This document shows, piece after piece, positions 22,797-33,296 of a stretch of 64,000 bases of DNA. This stretch comes from a bacterium (lineage in GTDB: Bacteria; Oederibacteriota; PGYV01; Palsa-1178): positions 1-64,000 of the forward strand of contig JBAXIL010000002.1 in the NCBI GenBank assembly GCA_037138355.1, read 5' to 3'. Positions within the stretch are counted from its first letter, which is position 1. Each line of letters starts with the position of its first letter. The translations under genes and the position numbers were made by a program. The notes under the pieces were generated by a model, which did no database searches, was not told the origin of the DNA, and saw only the letters and a list, made by a program, of their open reading frames with translations.

Positions 22797-23211
22797 TTCT
22801 GATATTGCCTCCCCTTTTTGAACCTTCCTTTGAGAGCTTATCAGCTTCTTTATTCTTTTCACGAGGAATATGAGTGACTTCAAACTTAATATCTTTTTTG
22901 TATGTCAAAGCCAACTTTACAAACTCCTGTAATTTTTCATCTCTTACTTTATATTCTCCAGATAACTGTTTTACCATAAGCTCACTATCTGAAAAAACAT
23001 GAAGCTCTTTAATTTTATGTTTTCTTGCCATTTCCAAAAGGTGCGTCAAAGCAGTATACTCGGCAACATTATTAGTAGCCGTACCAATATACTTTGACTC
23101 AACCAAAATCTGATCTTTCCCCTTGTATATGACAACACCTATACCAGCATGTCCTGGGTTGCCACTGGAGGCGCCATCAATAAAAGCTGTATATTTTTCA
23201 TGTTCAATCAT
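22789..23211 (-). CDS. rnhA: Ribonuclease HI family protein
   Basis: DGASSGNPG, TNNVAEY, DSELMVKQ, NKEADKL: catalytic D-E-D-D set present. Confidence 0.9.
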   Translation of the reverse strand: MIEHEKYTAFIDGASSGNPGHAGIGVVIYKGKDQILVESKYIGTATNNVAEYTALTHLLEMARKHKIKELHVFSDSELMVKQLSGEYKVRDEKLQEFVKLALTYKKDIKFEVTHIPREKNKEADKLSKEGSKRGGNIRNV

Positions 23212-23391
23212 AAAAACTCCTTGTTTTTCGTGAATTATCTAACATAAAAATTATAGCAAATATAATGGGTTAAGGCAACAAAGAAAAGGATGATTAAAAG
23301 ATAGGGGTTTCAATAAAAGCTCTATAATATATGGGGTTTTACAGAATAAATATCATTACATTTGAAACCAAGGCAAACTACTTTGTCTTAT

Positions 23392-24204
23392 TTACTCATT
23401 GACTAAATCGTAAATTTCTTTTAACTTTCTCAACACTGGTTCAACTTTATCAAGCGCATATTGCGAATCTTTATCAGACAAAGCCTTTTTCGGATTAGGA
23501 TGGACCTCCATAAATACACCTGTTGCCCCTGCAGCTACTGCTCCTCTGGCTATGGTATCAATATATTCCCTATCGGCTCCGCTACGGTTTCCAGCTCCAC
23601 CAGGACGCTGAACAGCATGAGTAGCATCAATAATAACTGGATAACCAGTTTTTCTCATATATGCTATGGATTTCAAATCAACCACCAAATTATTATAACC
23701 AAAAGAAAAACCTCTCTCTGTTAACATTATTTCCTTGTTTCCTGTTGATAGAGCTTTTTGTATTATGTTATCCATTTCAAAAGGTGATAAAAACTGTCCC
23801 TTTTTAATATTAATTATTTTTCCTGTTTTTGCAGCAGCAACTATTAAATCTGTCTGCCTACACAAAAATGCAGGTATTTGTAATATATCAACAACCTTTG
23901 CTGTTTGAACCACATCTTTTGTTTCATGAACATCAGTTAATACTGGAAGAGAAAGCTTTTCTTTTATCTTTGCCATAAGATTTAGACCTTTTTTTATTCC
24001 TGGTCCACGAAAACTTCCAAGAGAGGTACGATTCGCTTTATCATAGGAGGCTTTGAAAACAAAAGGCATACCCAATCTTTGCGTTATTTCTTTAAGCTTC
24101 TCAGCTATCAAAAAAGCCATTTTTTCATTTTCTATAACACAAGGACCAGCAATTAAGAAAAGTCCTTTTCCTGTAATCTCAGAGTATTTTTTTGAAAGTT
24201 TCAT
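23392..24204 (-). CDS. kdsA: KDO8P synthase
   Basis: IAGPCVIE, KASYDKANRTS, QIPAFLCRQTDL, KKGQF, DATHAVQ. Confidence 0.97.
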   Translation of the reverse strand: MKLSKKYSEITGKGLFLIAGPCVIENEKMAFLIAEKLKEITQRLGMPFVFKASYDKANRTSLGSFRGPGIKKGLNLMAKIKEKLSLPVLTDVHETKDVVQTAKVVDILQIPAFLCRQTDLIVAAAKTGKIINIKKGQFLSPFEMDNIIQKALSTGNKEIMLTERGFSFGYNNLVVDLKSIAYMRKTGYPVIIDATHAVQRPGGAGNRSGADREYIDTIARGAVAAGATGVFMEVHPNPKKALSDKDSQYALDKVEPVLRKLKEIYDLVNE

Positions 24205-24424
24205 TTTTCACCGCATTTTTGCCTTTGGCAATACTGCCTGTGGCATTTTTGTCTTCAACCATCCACTCCATTATTATATTTTTTATCATTTTTTCTAATG
24301 GCATATTATATTTTTTTGCAAGTGCTTGTATAGCATCATACTTTGCTTGTGCCGACAAGAACTTGGCCTTAGCAAATTTCAGCAGATCTTCCTGCATCTC
24401 ACTGCTGGGTTTTTGCGGTTCCAT
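24179..24424 (-). CDS. Hypothetical 81-aa protein, possibly ribbon-helix-helix
   Basis: ATG abuts the pyrG stop (TAAATG) with AAGGA upstream; overlaps the kdsA start. Confidence 0.55.
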   Translation of the reverse strand: MEPQKPSSEMQEDLLKFAKAKFLSAQAKYDAIQALAKKYNMPLEKMIKNIIMEWMVEDKNATGSIAKGKNAVKNETFKKIL

Positions 24425-26053
24425 TTATTTTCCTTTCTTTTTATCAATCGATGCCTTTATAAACTCTCTGAATAAAGGATGTGGAGCTCTTGCTTTTGAC
24501 TTAAATTCTGGGTGAAACTGAACTGCTATAAACCATGGATGTTTAATGTATTCAATCATTTCTACAAGAAAACCGTCTGGAGAAGTTCCAGTTATAATAA
24601 AACCATTCTCTTCAAATTTATCCCTGTATAAGCTATTGAACTCATATCTGTGCCTGTGCCGTTCAAAAATAAACTTTTCCTTATATGCTGCATATGATTT
24701 CGTAGCAGGTTTAACCTTACAAGGATATGCACCCAATCTCATGGATGCGCCCATATACTCTATGTGTTTTTGTTCTTCAAGTTTTGATATTACTGGATAT
24801 CTTGTTTTACTTTCAAATTCGGTTGAATTTGCACTTTTCATACCCAAAACATGTCTGGCAAACTCAATTACCGAAACCTGCATTCCCAAACAAATACCAA
24901 AGTATGGTATTTTCTTTTCTCTGGCATATTGAATTGCTGCAATCTTTCCTTCTATGCCTCTCGTACCAAATCCTCCTGGAACAAGCACACCGTGTATTCC
25001 AGCAAATAACTTTCCAACCTGTTTACTTTTCATTAATGGCTCAATATCTTTTTCAGAATCAATCCATTTTATATTTACTTTTACATTATTACCTATACCA
25101 CCGTGTAGTATTGCTTCTTTTATAGATTTATAAGCATCTTGAACTTCAACATATTTACCAACTACCGCTATGTTAACCTCGCCTATTGGAAATTTAATTT
25201 TTCTAACGATATTATCCCATGTCTTTAAATTAATTTTTTTTGCTTTTAAACCAAGCTTCTTTACAATCAAATCATCTAAACCTTGTTGATGAAACATTCT
25301 TGGCACTTCATATATAGTAGGCACATCAAATGCCTGAATAACTGCATCATAGTCAACATTACAAAAAAGCGCTATTTTATCTCTCTCGCCTTTTGACATC
25401 TTCATTTCAGTTCTGCATAAAAGTACATCTGGCTGAATACCGATTGAACGCAATTGTGCCACTGAATGCTGAGTTGGCTTAGTTTTAATTTCCCCAGCGG
25501 CTTTAATATATGGAACTAAGGTCAAGTGAACATACAACACATTATCACGACCTAAATCCTGCTGCATTTGCCTAATTGCCTCAAGAAAAGGCTGACTTTC
25601 TATATCACCAACCGTACCACCTATCTCTATTATCGCAACTTCAATATCCGTTCCCTTTAAAAGAGATTTCAACCTGTCTTTAATCTCATTAGTTACATGA
25701 GGAATTACCTGCACGGTTTTACCAAGGTAATCACCACGGCGTTCTCTGTCTATAATTACGCTATATATCTTTCCCGTTGTAACATTATTTTCCTTCGTAA
25801 GCACAGCATTTGTAAATCTTTCATAATGACCTAAATCAAGATCTGTTTCAGCACCATCTTCAGTGACATAAACCTCGCCATGCTGAAAAGGACTCATTGT
25901 TCCAGGATCTACATTTAAATAAGGATCGTATTTTTGCATTGTAATTTTTACTCCGCGAGCTTCTAATAAAGCAGCGATAGAAGATGCCGCAATCCCCTTA
26001 CCAAGTGATGAAACAACTCCTCCAGTTACAAAAATATACTTTTTACCCTTCAC
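24425..26053 (-). CDS. pyrG: CTP synthase
   Basis: [39 protein letters not shown] start after GAGG. Confidence 0.98.
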   Translation of the reverse strand: MKGKKYIFVTGGVVSSLGKGIAASSIAALLEARGVKITMQKYDPYLNVDPGTMSPFQHGEVYVTEDGAETDLDLGHYERFTNAVLTKENNVTTGKIYSVIIDRERRGDYLGKTVQVIPHVTNEIKDRLKSLLKGTDIEVAIIEIGGTVGDIESQPFLEAIRQMQQDLGRDNVLYVHLTLVPYIKAAGEIKTKPTQHSVAQLRSIGIQPDVLLCRTEMKMSKGERDKIALFCNVDYDAVIQAFDVPTIYEVPRMFHQQGLDDLIVKKLGLKAKKINLKTWDNIVRKIKFPIGEVNIAVVGKYVEVQDAYKSIKEAILHGGIGNNVKVNIKWIDSEKDIEPLMKSKQVGKLFAGIHGVLVPGGFGTRGIEGKIAAIQYAREKKIPYFGICLGMQVSVIEFARHVLGMKSANSTEFESKTRYPVISKLEEQKHIEYMGASMRLGAYPCKVKPATKSYAAYKEKFIFERHRHRYEFNSLYRDKFEENGFIITGTSPDGFLVEMIEYIKHPWFIAVQFHPEFKSKARAPHPLFREFIKASIDKKKGK

Positions 26054-26125
26054 ATAGCACCTCATTATGATTGCAGAATTCACAACCTAAAATTATAAAT
26101 CCAAAATCCTGAAAACATTTGCCTT

Positions 26126-26857
26126 CTAAATTATTTTTTTTAATTTAGCAAAATCTTGTTTTGTATCTATTCCAATACTCTTGCTTTTAACTACAACAAC
26201 TTTAATTTTGCAACCATTTTCCAACATTCTTAATTGCTCAAGTTTTTCTACGCCTTCATATCTGCTATCAAACTTAAGCCACCTGTCAAGAACGCTTTTT
26301 TTATAAGCATACAAGCCAATATGTTTTAGGTACACTCCCGGCTTTAACTTTGCCTCATCACGGTTATAAGGTATTGCCGCTCTTGAAAAATACAAAGCAT
26401 TTGAAAAAGAATCCAACACTACCTTAACTACTGAGGTATTATTAATTTCTTTATTAGAAACAAGAACAGAGGCCAATGTAGAGGCCTCACATGACTTATC
26501 CTCAATCAATGCCTTTATGGCCTTATCAATAAAAACAGGTTCCAATAAAGGCTCATCGCCTTGTATATTTACTACGATATCATTCATATTTGCTCGTATT
26601 GATTTTAATGCTTCCCTTATGCGTTCTGTTCCAGATTTACATGAGGCTGGCGTCATTATTACTTTCCCACCAGCCGCTTCTATCACATTTTTTATTTTCA
26701 CGCTATCAGTAGCCACAAATAACTGCTTTATAGAATTTGCCTTTTTAGCATTGGCATAAACCATTTCTATCAAACTTTTTCCTTTTATTTTAGCAAGCAT
26801 CTTTTCCGGAAACCTGGTTGATTTCAACCTTGCCGGTATTATTCCAATAATATTCAT
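26126..26857 (-). CDS. kdsB: CMP-Kdo synthetase
   Basis: IIPARLKSTRFP.K, VNIQGDEP, ALYFSR, EKLEQLR. Confidence 0.96.
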   Translation of the reverse strand: MNIIGIIPARLKSTRFPEKMLAKIKGKSLIEMVYANAKKANSIKQLFVATDSVKIKNVIEAAGGKVIMTPASCKSGTERIREALKSIRANMNDIVVNIQGDEPLLEPVFIDKAIKALIEDKSCEASTLASVLVSNKEINNTSVVKVVLDSFSNALYFSRAAIPYNRDEAKLKPGVYLKHIGLYAYKKSVLDRWLKFDSRYEGVEKLEQLRMLENGCKIKVVVVKSKSIGIDTKQDFAKLKKII

Positions 26858-26901
26858 AGAACTCCTTTATAATTTATAACAAAAAAAATTACTACTATCA
26901 C

Positions 26902-27393
26902 TTAATTGTAATATTTTAATACCTTTGCAATTATATTTGTTGTTGATTTGCCTTTAACATAAGGAACATTTTTAACTTTTCCACCAGCTGCAAGAACGAT
27001 ATCGGCTCCTATTATCTTATTCAGTGGCCAATCACCACCTTTTACCAACACATCTGGGACAATGTCCTTTATTATATTATAAGGATCCTTTTCTTCAAAC
27101 AATGTGACTATGTCCACGCATTCCAAAGCCGACATTACTTCAGCCCTCTCGGCTTGAGCTGTCACAGGACGCTTTGGACCTTTAATTTGCCTAACTGACG
27201 CATCACTATTTAGCGCCAAAATTAAAATATCGCCCATTTTTTTTGCAGCGATTAAGAACCTAACATGACCACCATGAATTAAATCATAACAGCCGTTTGT
27301 AAATACTATTTTATTTCCATTGTCTTTCAGTTTTTCCACTGTGGCAATTAGTTTTTTTCTATCAAAAATTACTTTATCAATTTTTTTCATCAA
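26902..27393 (-). CDS. rfaE2: D-glycero-beta-D-manno-heptose-1-phosphate adenylyltransferase (HldC/RfaE domain II), copy 1
   Basis: FTNGCYDLIHGGH, LNSDASV, KGPKRP, LVKGGDW, GKSTT. Confidence 0.9.
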   Translation of the reverse strand: MMKKIDKVIFDRKKLIATVEKLKDNGNKIVFTNGCYDLIHGGHVRFLIAAKKMGDILILALNSDASVRQIKGPKRPVTAQAERAEVMSALECVDIVTLFEEKDPYNIIKDIVPDVLVKGGDWPLNKIIGADIVLAAGGKVKNVPYVKGKSTTNIIAKVLKYYN

Positions 27394-28360
27394 CCGCTGC
27401 TTTTAATTCTTTTATATTGAGAGTTACTACACCTACTTCGGCTACTACTTCTCCAGCCGCTATATTAGAAAGCACTGCTGCTTCATCAAAAGAGGAACCT
27501 GAAGCAAGTGCCAGTGTAACCACAGAAATCACAGTATCTCCAGCGCCAGTCACATCAAATACTTCCCTTGCCACTGTCGGTACCGAACGCATTCGACCGC
27601 CTTCATATAAAGACATACCTTCTTCTCCGCGTGTGATAAGTATGGCAGCTGAATTCGTGATATTTTTTAATATTTTAGCAGCAGCTAAAACCTGCTCTTC
27701 ATTTGATATTTGTATCCCAGTTGCTTCTGAAGCCTCTTTTTTATTGGGAGAAATCAATGTCACATTGTTAAATATGCTCACATTATCTGGTTTAGGATCT
27801 ACTGTCACTATCTTGCCTTTAGCCAAACTCATAATGCCTGACACAAGTCCACTTGTGAGCAACCCTTTATCGTAATCAGAAAATACTACAGCATCCATAT
27901 TTTTCATGATTTTTGTTATTTTTCCAATGATAATTTTTGCGGTCGCCAACGAAATATCATTTTTTTGTTCTTTATCAATACGCACCACCTGCTGATGGTG
28001 AGCAATTACTCTGGTCTTAACTGTGGTTGGTCTATTTTTATCTGTGACAATAGCAGAGACATCCACATTTTCTTTTTTTAAATACGAAGTAAGCTTTTTA
28101 GCTTTGTCATCTTGTCCAATCACACCCGCGGCATAAACTTTTGCACCTAATGACACAAGGTTCAATATTACATTTGCTGCTCCGCCTGGTTTAGCATCCT
28201 CTTTTTGTACTTCCACTACTGGAATTGGAGCTTCTGGTGAGATTCTGGAAACCTTGCCCCATATATACTCGTCTATCATTAAATCTCCAACCACGAGTAT
28301 TTTCTTATTTTTAAATTTATGAATTATTTTTTTTAATGTTGCTTTACTTATTTTATTCAA
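27377..28360 (-). CDS. rfaE1: Heptose-7-phosphate kinase (HldA/RfaE domain I), copy 1
   Basis: GDLMIDEY, RISPEAPIPV, GGAANV, SDYDKG, DVTGAGDT; TTG start inferred after GGGAG. Confidence 0.9.
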   Translation of the reverse strand: MNKISKATLKKIIHKFKNKKILVVGDLMIDEYIWGKVSRISPEAPIPVVEVQKEDAKPGGAANVILNLVSLGAKVYAAGVIGQDDKAKKLTSYLKKENVDVSAIVTDKNRPTTVKTRVIAHHQQVVRIDKEQKNDISLATAKIIIGKITKIMKNMDAVVFSDYDKGLLTSGLVSGIMSLAKGKIVTVDPKPDNVSIFNNVTLISPNKKEASEATGIQISNEEQVLAAAKILKNITNSAAILITRGEEGMSLYEGGRMRSVPTVAREVFDVTGAGDTVISVVTLALASGSSFDEAAVLSNIAAGEVVAEVGVVTLNIKELKAAVDEKN

Positions 28361-28361
28361 C

Positions 28362-28937
28362 TTAAATTTCTCCCGCAAGTTTTTTTTCTACAAGATCACA
28401 AATTACATGAAAATAAGTTATGTGCGTTTCCTGAATTCTCATAGTATTAGATGATTTAACGTCTATCAGTATGTCACAAAGCTTCGCCATTTTACCGCCA
28501 CCTTGACCTGTAAAACCAATTACCTGCATGCCATGTCTTTTAGCTTCCCTAATCGCAAGAATGACATTTTTTGAATTACCAGAAGTAGAAATGGCTATTG
28601 CTGCATCACCAAAATTACCCAATGCCTCAACCTGCCTTTCAAATACTCTATCAAAACCATAATCATTTCCACAGGAAGTAAGAATCGAGGAATCAGTAGT
28701 TAAAGCAATAGCAGGATATCCTCTGCGCTCCAACTTCAAACGCACAACAAACTCAGCTGCAATATGTTGGGCATCAGCGGCTGAACCGCCATTACCAAAT
28801 ATAAGGATTTTATTACCAGCGTGAAGAGTGGAGTATAGAGAGTCAACTGCCTTTTGAAGTTTTGACTTGTTGCCTTTATAACTTTTTAATTTTACAACAC
28901 AACTTTCCTTAATTGACTTTTCAAAATAATCTGCCAT
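28362..28937 (-). CDS. gmhA: Phosphoheptose isomerase
   Basis: [28 protein letters not shown]. Confidence 0.95.
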   Translation of the reverse strand: MADYFEKSIKESCVVKLKSYKGNKSKLQKAVDSLYSTLHAGNKILIFGNGGSAADAQHIAAEFVVRLKLERRGYPAIALTTDSSILTSCGNDYGFDRVFERQVEALGNFGDAAIAISTSGNSKNVILAIREAKRHGMQVIGFTGQGGGKMAKLCDILIDVKSSNTMRIQETHITYFHVICDLVEKKLAGEI

Positions 28938-29049
28938 AACAGCTCCCTTTGTCTTAGGATATATAATTATAATAGGTTTGGACTAGTTTAGTCAACGACA
29001 AAGTGTAAAAAACTATCCCAGACCGTTTGTCTTTATAATAAAAACTTAA

Positions 29050-30102
29050 TCACTCTGCCTTTACAACATCCGCCGATTGCAATATCACATCTATAGTTCC
29101 AATCGCTATTTGACTTTTAATAATTACTGGCATTAAGTTTTTATCATTAGTAAGCCATATCCAAATATCGCCTTTTTGTCTAAAAATTCCTTCATATTTC
29201 AAAAAAGGTTGAACCACTATACAATCAAATTCACCTGCATCAGTTGTGACTTTTTCATTACGCAGTTTTTTTACTACTATCTGATATGTTTTACATTCGT
29301 CTGAAGATACATCTATCTTTATTTCATTTTCACCTTTATATACACTTCTAAAATAATAAAACTCAGACAAAACATCCTGAACAAAAGGAACAATGTCGCA
29401 CTTGTCACCATTGTTTTTTACCGCAAATGATTGCTCGTGGTTAAAGTCCATTATTGTGGTATTACGATACCCACCTTCCTCAAGTTTTTTTGAATATTTC
29501 CACGAAAATAAACCCATTACATCCATATAAGTTGATATGACATCCTTGACTCTATAAAACGGCTCAAAAAATGGCGCTGTTCTGGCTGTAGCATCTATAT
29601 GATATACCTGTCTGTCATTATATTTTTCTATGTCTTTTACTTCCAGAACAGCAATACCTGCTGTTACACCAAAATACTTTACCCCAAAGGTAAGCTTTTC
29701 ACCAACTCCAAAGGCCTTATTTTCAGTTACCCTGTAAACAAAATTACTTTTATTCTTAACATCTTCATTATCGTCTAAACTTTCACATAAAACTGATATG
29801 TTAATTATAATGCCTTCCTTTAGTATAATATCTTCTTTAAGAGAATTTGATAATGCCAATTTATTCCAAAGCGACCCTTTGCCTGAAATTGCTTTTGATA
29901 TTTTCCATAAGCTATCACCTTTTCGAACTTTATAAAGCATGCTTGAATCTACGGAAGAATTCTTTTCATTTTGCTTTTGTGCTTCAGCTCTAACTAATCT
30001 TTCACCTTGAGTCACTTCAAGAATAGAAACTTTATTTTGAATAGTAGCGCAGGATGAAAGTACAAAAACAATCAACCCATAAAGGAAAATATGTTTTTTC
30101 AT
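29050..30102 (-). CDS. Lipoprotein with a LysM domain and a DUF3108-like domain
   Basis: Lipobox LSSC; YKVRKGDSLWKIS (LysM); GEKLTF, EKVTTDAGEFDC, WLTND...PV (DUF3108-like). Confidence 0.75.
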   Translation of the reverse strand: MKKHIFLYGLIVFVLSSCATIQNKVSILEVTQGERLVRAEAQKQNEKNSSVDSSMLYKVRKGDSLWKISKAISGKGSLWNKLALSNSLKEDIILKEGIIINISVLCESLDDNEDVKNKSNFVYRVTENKAFGVGEKLTFGVKYFGVTAGIAVLEVKDIEKYNDRQVYHIDATARTAPFFEPFYRVKDVISTYMDVMGLFSWKYSKKLEEGGYRNTTIMDFNHEQSFAVKNNGDKCDIVPFVQDVLSEFYYFRSVYKGENEIKIDVSSDECKTYQIVVKKLRNEKVTTDAGEFDCIVVQPFLKYEGIFRQKGDIWIWLTNDKNLMPVIIKSQIAIGTIDVILQSADVVKAE

Positions 30103-31079
30103 CTGTTTATGAGTTCCTTTAATTTTGATAATATAATTTTTCTATCAATCAAATCCATATCTTGGGGCTTTGGGTTATTATTTTTTGGTTGTATTATGAC
30201 TTGCTTATTTCCAAGACAGGCCCATCTTTTTGGTTTCATTGAAGCAATTGTATCTGGGGGAAAAAAGCTCAATGTCTTTACTCCAAGCGCTGCTGCAATG
30301 TGCATTGGTCCCGTAGAACTACTTATCAAAACTTCAGCCTGAGCAATAACTCCAGCAAACTGTCGCATTGTCAATTCTTCGTTCATTATAAAAATATTAT
30401 TTTTTTGTGTCATATTATTTTTAATTTTATTTAACAAATCCTTTTCAGTTTTTCCACCTGTCAATAGAATATGATATCCGTCTTCCAGTATTTCATCCGC
30501 CAGCTTTGAATATACCACTTCACTCAAGTTCCAAGCTGAGCCTTTGCTCCCTGGGTGGATAATGATAAACCCAGAACCTATTCCTTTTTGCTTGATATAT
30601 TCAAGACCATTTTGCTTTTCTTTTTCTGTAATGAAATAATATTCTTTCACTGCAGTGACATTGTCTAATAATTTTCCTGCAGTCATTAAATTATAATCTG
30701 CTTCGCTTTTCTCTGATTTTTTTCTGCTCATTGCTACTTTTTGATTATATAGGAAAGAATACCATCTTGAGGCTGTTCCGTATCTTTGAGGGATACCTGT
30801 TTTAAAGAAATACCAAGCAAGTTCAGGACGAGGATAAGCAGCAATCACTGTATCAAACTTTTCAGTTTTGAGTTTTGATAAGAGTAGGTCAGGCCGTTTT
30901 TTATCATATATTATCGTGCTGTAAACATTTGGATTATTCAGAAGAAGGTCATTGGCATATTGAGAGACAAGGACAGTTATTTTTACAGCTGGATATTTGG
31001 CTTTAACTTCCTTTATGAGCGGAGTCGTGAGTAGTAAATCACCAATACCATCTGTTCTGGATATTAAGATTTTATCCAT
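30099..31079 (-). CDS. Glycosyltransferase family 9 (heptosyltransferase-like)
   Basis: RTDGIGDLLL, IIHPGS, STGPMHIAAALG. Confidence 0.9.
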   Translation of the reverse strand: MDKILISRTDGIGDLLLTTPLIKEVKAKYPAVKITVLVSQYANDLLLNNPNVYSTIIYDKKRPDLLLSKLKTEKFDTVIAAYPRPELAWYFFKTGIPQRYGTASRWYSFLYNQKVAMSRKKSEKSEADYNLMTAGKLLDNVTAVKEYYFITEKEKQNGLEYIKQKGIGSGFIIIHPGSKGSAWNLSEVVYSKLADEILEDGYHILLTGGKTEKDLLNKIKNNMTQKNNIFIMNEELTMRQFAGVIAQAEVLISSSTGPMHIAAALGVKTLSFFPPDTIASMKPKRWACLGNKQVIIQPKNNNPKPQDMDLIDRKIILSKLKELINR

Positions 31080-31162
31080 TTTATGTCCTTTATTGATCTC
31101 AAAGCACTTATCCCAAAATCAAAGTTTAAATATACTTTAGGAAAAAGAACTTTGGGTTGAAA

Positions 31163-31639
31163 CTATTTATATTTTTCTATTATTGTCTTTATGATATCTT
31201 TAGTTGAGTGATCTTTAGAGTCGCCCACAATCGCTATCTTAATCCCAAACTTCTTTGCCATTTCTTTTTCTGGGACTGTATCTAAAGTATAGTCAGTCCC
31301 TTTACAATGATAAGTTGGTAAAAGTATTTGTAATGTTTTATCAACGGTTAATTCATTAAATATAACTATGTAATCCACAAACTCAAAAGCAGACATAATC
31401 TCTGCCCTCTCACGCTGATTGACAAGAGGTCTGCCTTTTCCTTTAAGTTTTCTGACAGATGAATCCGAGTTTAAGCCGAGTACAAGTGTGTCACCTTTTC
31501 CCTTTGCGGCTTTTAGAAATCTTATATGTCCCACATGAAGTATATCAAAGCAACCATTGGCAAAAGCGACTTTTTTACCCTGTTTTTTCAATTTTGCCAC
31601 AATCTTTGAAAGTGCTTCCCTGCTTTTAACTTTAGACAT
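31163..31639 (-). CDS. RfaE domain II-like nucleotidyltransferase, copy 2
   Basis: FANGCFDILHVGH, LNSDSSV, KGKGRP; divergent HCKGTDY and KDHSTK. Confidence 0.85.
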   Translation of the reverse strand: MSKVKSREALSKIVAKLKKQGKKVAFANGCFDILHVGHIRFLKAAKGKGDTLVLGLNSDSSVRKLKGKGRPLVNQRERAEIMSAFEFVDYIVIFNELTVDKTLQILLPTYHCKGTDYTLDTVPEKEMAKKFGIKIAIVGDSKDHSTKDIIKTIIEKYK

Positions 31640-32615
31640 TTTTAAGTGCTCCCTTTAGCTCATTTACTGTTACAGTTGCAACTCCTCGTTTCATTACCAC
31701 AAGTCCGCCACCTATATTTGCCAAATAAGCCGCATCAGCTAACTTTGCTCCGCAAGCTAAAGCGATTGAAATGATTGACGAAACCGTGTCACCTGCACCA
31801 GATACATCCACAATCTCATCTGTGCCAAAAGGAGTAACTTTTACAATTTTCTTATTTTCAAACACTATCATGCCTCTGCTCCCACGAGTTACAATCATAC
31901 CCTTCGCTTTCATCATTGTTGCAAGTTTTTTTACAATATATTCTACATTTTTTTCTTCATACTTTTCAAAATCAACAGCAGGACCTGCTTCTGTTTCATT
32001 TGGTGTCGCAGTTGCAACATATTTGAATTTTTTCAACCCATAACGCGAATCAACAACAACTTTTTTTCCTTTTTTAGCGAGTGCGTTTACAGTTTTAATT
32101 ACTTCGTCGGTTATCATACCGCTTCCATAATCTGATACAAGAATTACATCTATATTAGCAGCGGCCTTTTTAATATTTTCTATTAACTTTAATTCAATTT
32201 GCTTGTCCATTATTCCTTCGTTATACCTATCGATCCTTACTATCTGCTGTTTCACTGTATGAACTGAACCTGCCATAACTCTGGTTTTTACAGGGATGCT
32301 GTAATTTTCTGTCTTTACTATAAAAGAAGCATCAACTCCCTTTTCTTTCATCATGTTAAGCAAAATCTCTGAATATTCATCTGTTCCAACAATTGAAACC
32401 GGTATAGGAATAGCACCCAAATCAACAATATTCATTACTGGATTTGCTCCGCCACCTGCAAGGTAAGTTGTTTTATTATATTTCAATATTAGAACAGGAG
32501 CTTCTCTTGAAATGCGTTCTGTTTCACCATATAGGTATTCATCAAGTATAAAATCCCCTAAAACTAAAACTTTTTGTCCTTTAAACTTGTCTATTATTGA
32601 AGCGTATTTATTCAT
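31632..32615 (-). CDS. RfaE domain I-like PfkB heptose kinase, copy 2
   Basis: GDFILDEY, RISREAPV, GGGANP, SDYGSG, DVSGAGDT. Confidence 0.85.
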   Translation of the reverse strand: MNKYASIIDKFKGQKVLVLGDFILDEYLYGETERISREAPVLILKYNKTTYLAGGGANPVMNIVDLGAIPIPVSIVGTDEYSEILLNMMKEKGVDASFIVKTENYSIPVKTRVMAGSVHTVKQQIVRIDRYNEGIMDKQIELKLIENIKKAAANIDVILVSDYGSGMITDEVIKTVNALAKKGKKVVVDSRYGLKKFKYVATATPNETEAGPAVDFEKYEEKNVEYIVKKLATMMKAKGMIVTRGSRGMIVFENKKIVKVTPFGTDEIVDVSGAGDTVSSIISIALACGAKLADAAYLANIGGGLVVMKRGVATVTVNELKGALKNV

Positions 32616-32723
32616 ATTGTTCTCCTTGTTTGCGTGATACGGTTACCTTCTGCCGTCCACCATAATTTATAAACTGAAATTGCATTAATAATACCTGCGT
32701 CAGAGAGGCAGCAAGCAGCCTCT

Positions 32724-33296
32724 CTACACTATCAAGAACTTAACTGCTTGATAAAAATCTTTGGCTATAAAGTCAGGTTTGTCATAAGCTAATTTGATGA
32801 GCTTCTTTTCTTCCTTGCCGTATCCAGTAAGAACAAGCGCGGTTTTCATTTTAGCATTCTTACCCAAATGAACATCCGTCAATTTGTCCCCTATTACAAA
32901 ACTTTGCTTAAGATCTATGTTGAATTTTTTTTGAGCGGCTTTAATCATGCCAATTTTAGGTTTTCTACACTCACAATCTTTCAAATATTTTTTTAAAACT
33001 GCCTTTTTAGGATGATGAGGACAATAATAATATGCGTCTATTTTCAGAAAATATTTTTTTAAAAAAGCTGTTATGTGTTTATGTACTTCTTTTACAAAGG
33101 TCTCTTTTATGTACCCTCTTGCCACACCGGACTGATTTGTCACGACTATTACTTTATATCCAGCAGCTTTGAGCAACTGCATAGCTTTAATAGAGCGAGA
33201 ATAAAACTTAATTTTTTTCAGAGAGCTTATATATCCCACTTCATGAATGAGATTACCATCACGGTCAATAAATGCAGCTTTACTTTTGTATTTCAT
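32724..33296 (-). CDS. gmhB: Heptose-1,7-bisphosphate phosphatase (HAD)
   Basis: FIDRDG, VTNQSGVARG, CPHHP...CECRKP, GDKLTD. Confidence 0.92.
   Translation of the reverse strand: MKYKSKAAFIDRDGNLIHEVGYISSLKKIKFYSRSIKAMQLLKAAGYKVIVVTNQSGVARGYIKETFVKEVHKHITAFLKKYFLKIDAYYYCPHHPKKAVLKKYLKDCECRKPKIGMIKAAQKKFNIDLKQSFVIGDKLTDVHLGKNAKMKTALVLTGYGKEEKKLIKLAYDKPDFIAKDFYQAVKFLIV

Noticed and set aside
32702..32725. AGAGAGGC/GCCTCTCT hairpin after gmhB as a terminator
   Set aside because: The stem is real but has no U-tract on the minus strand; more likely a stability element, so it was not called.
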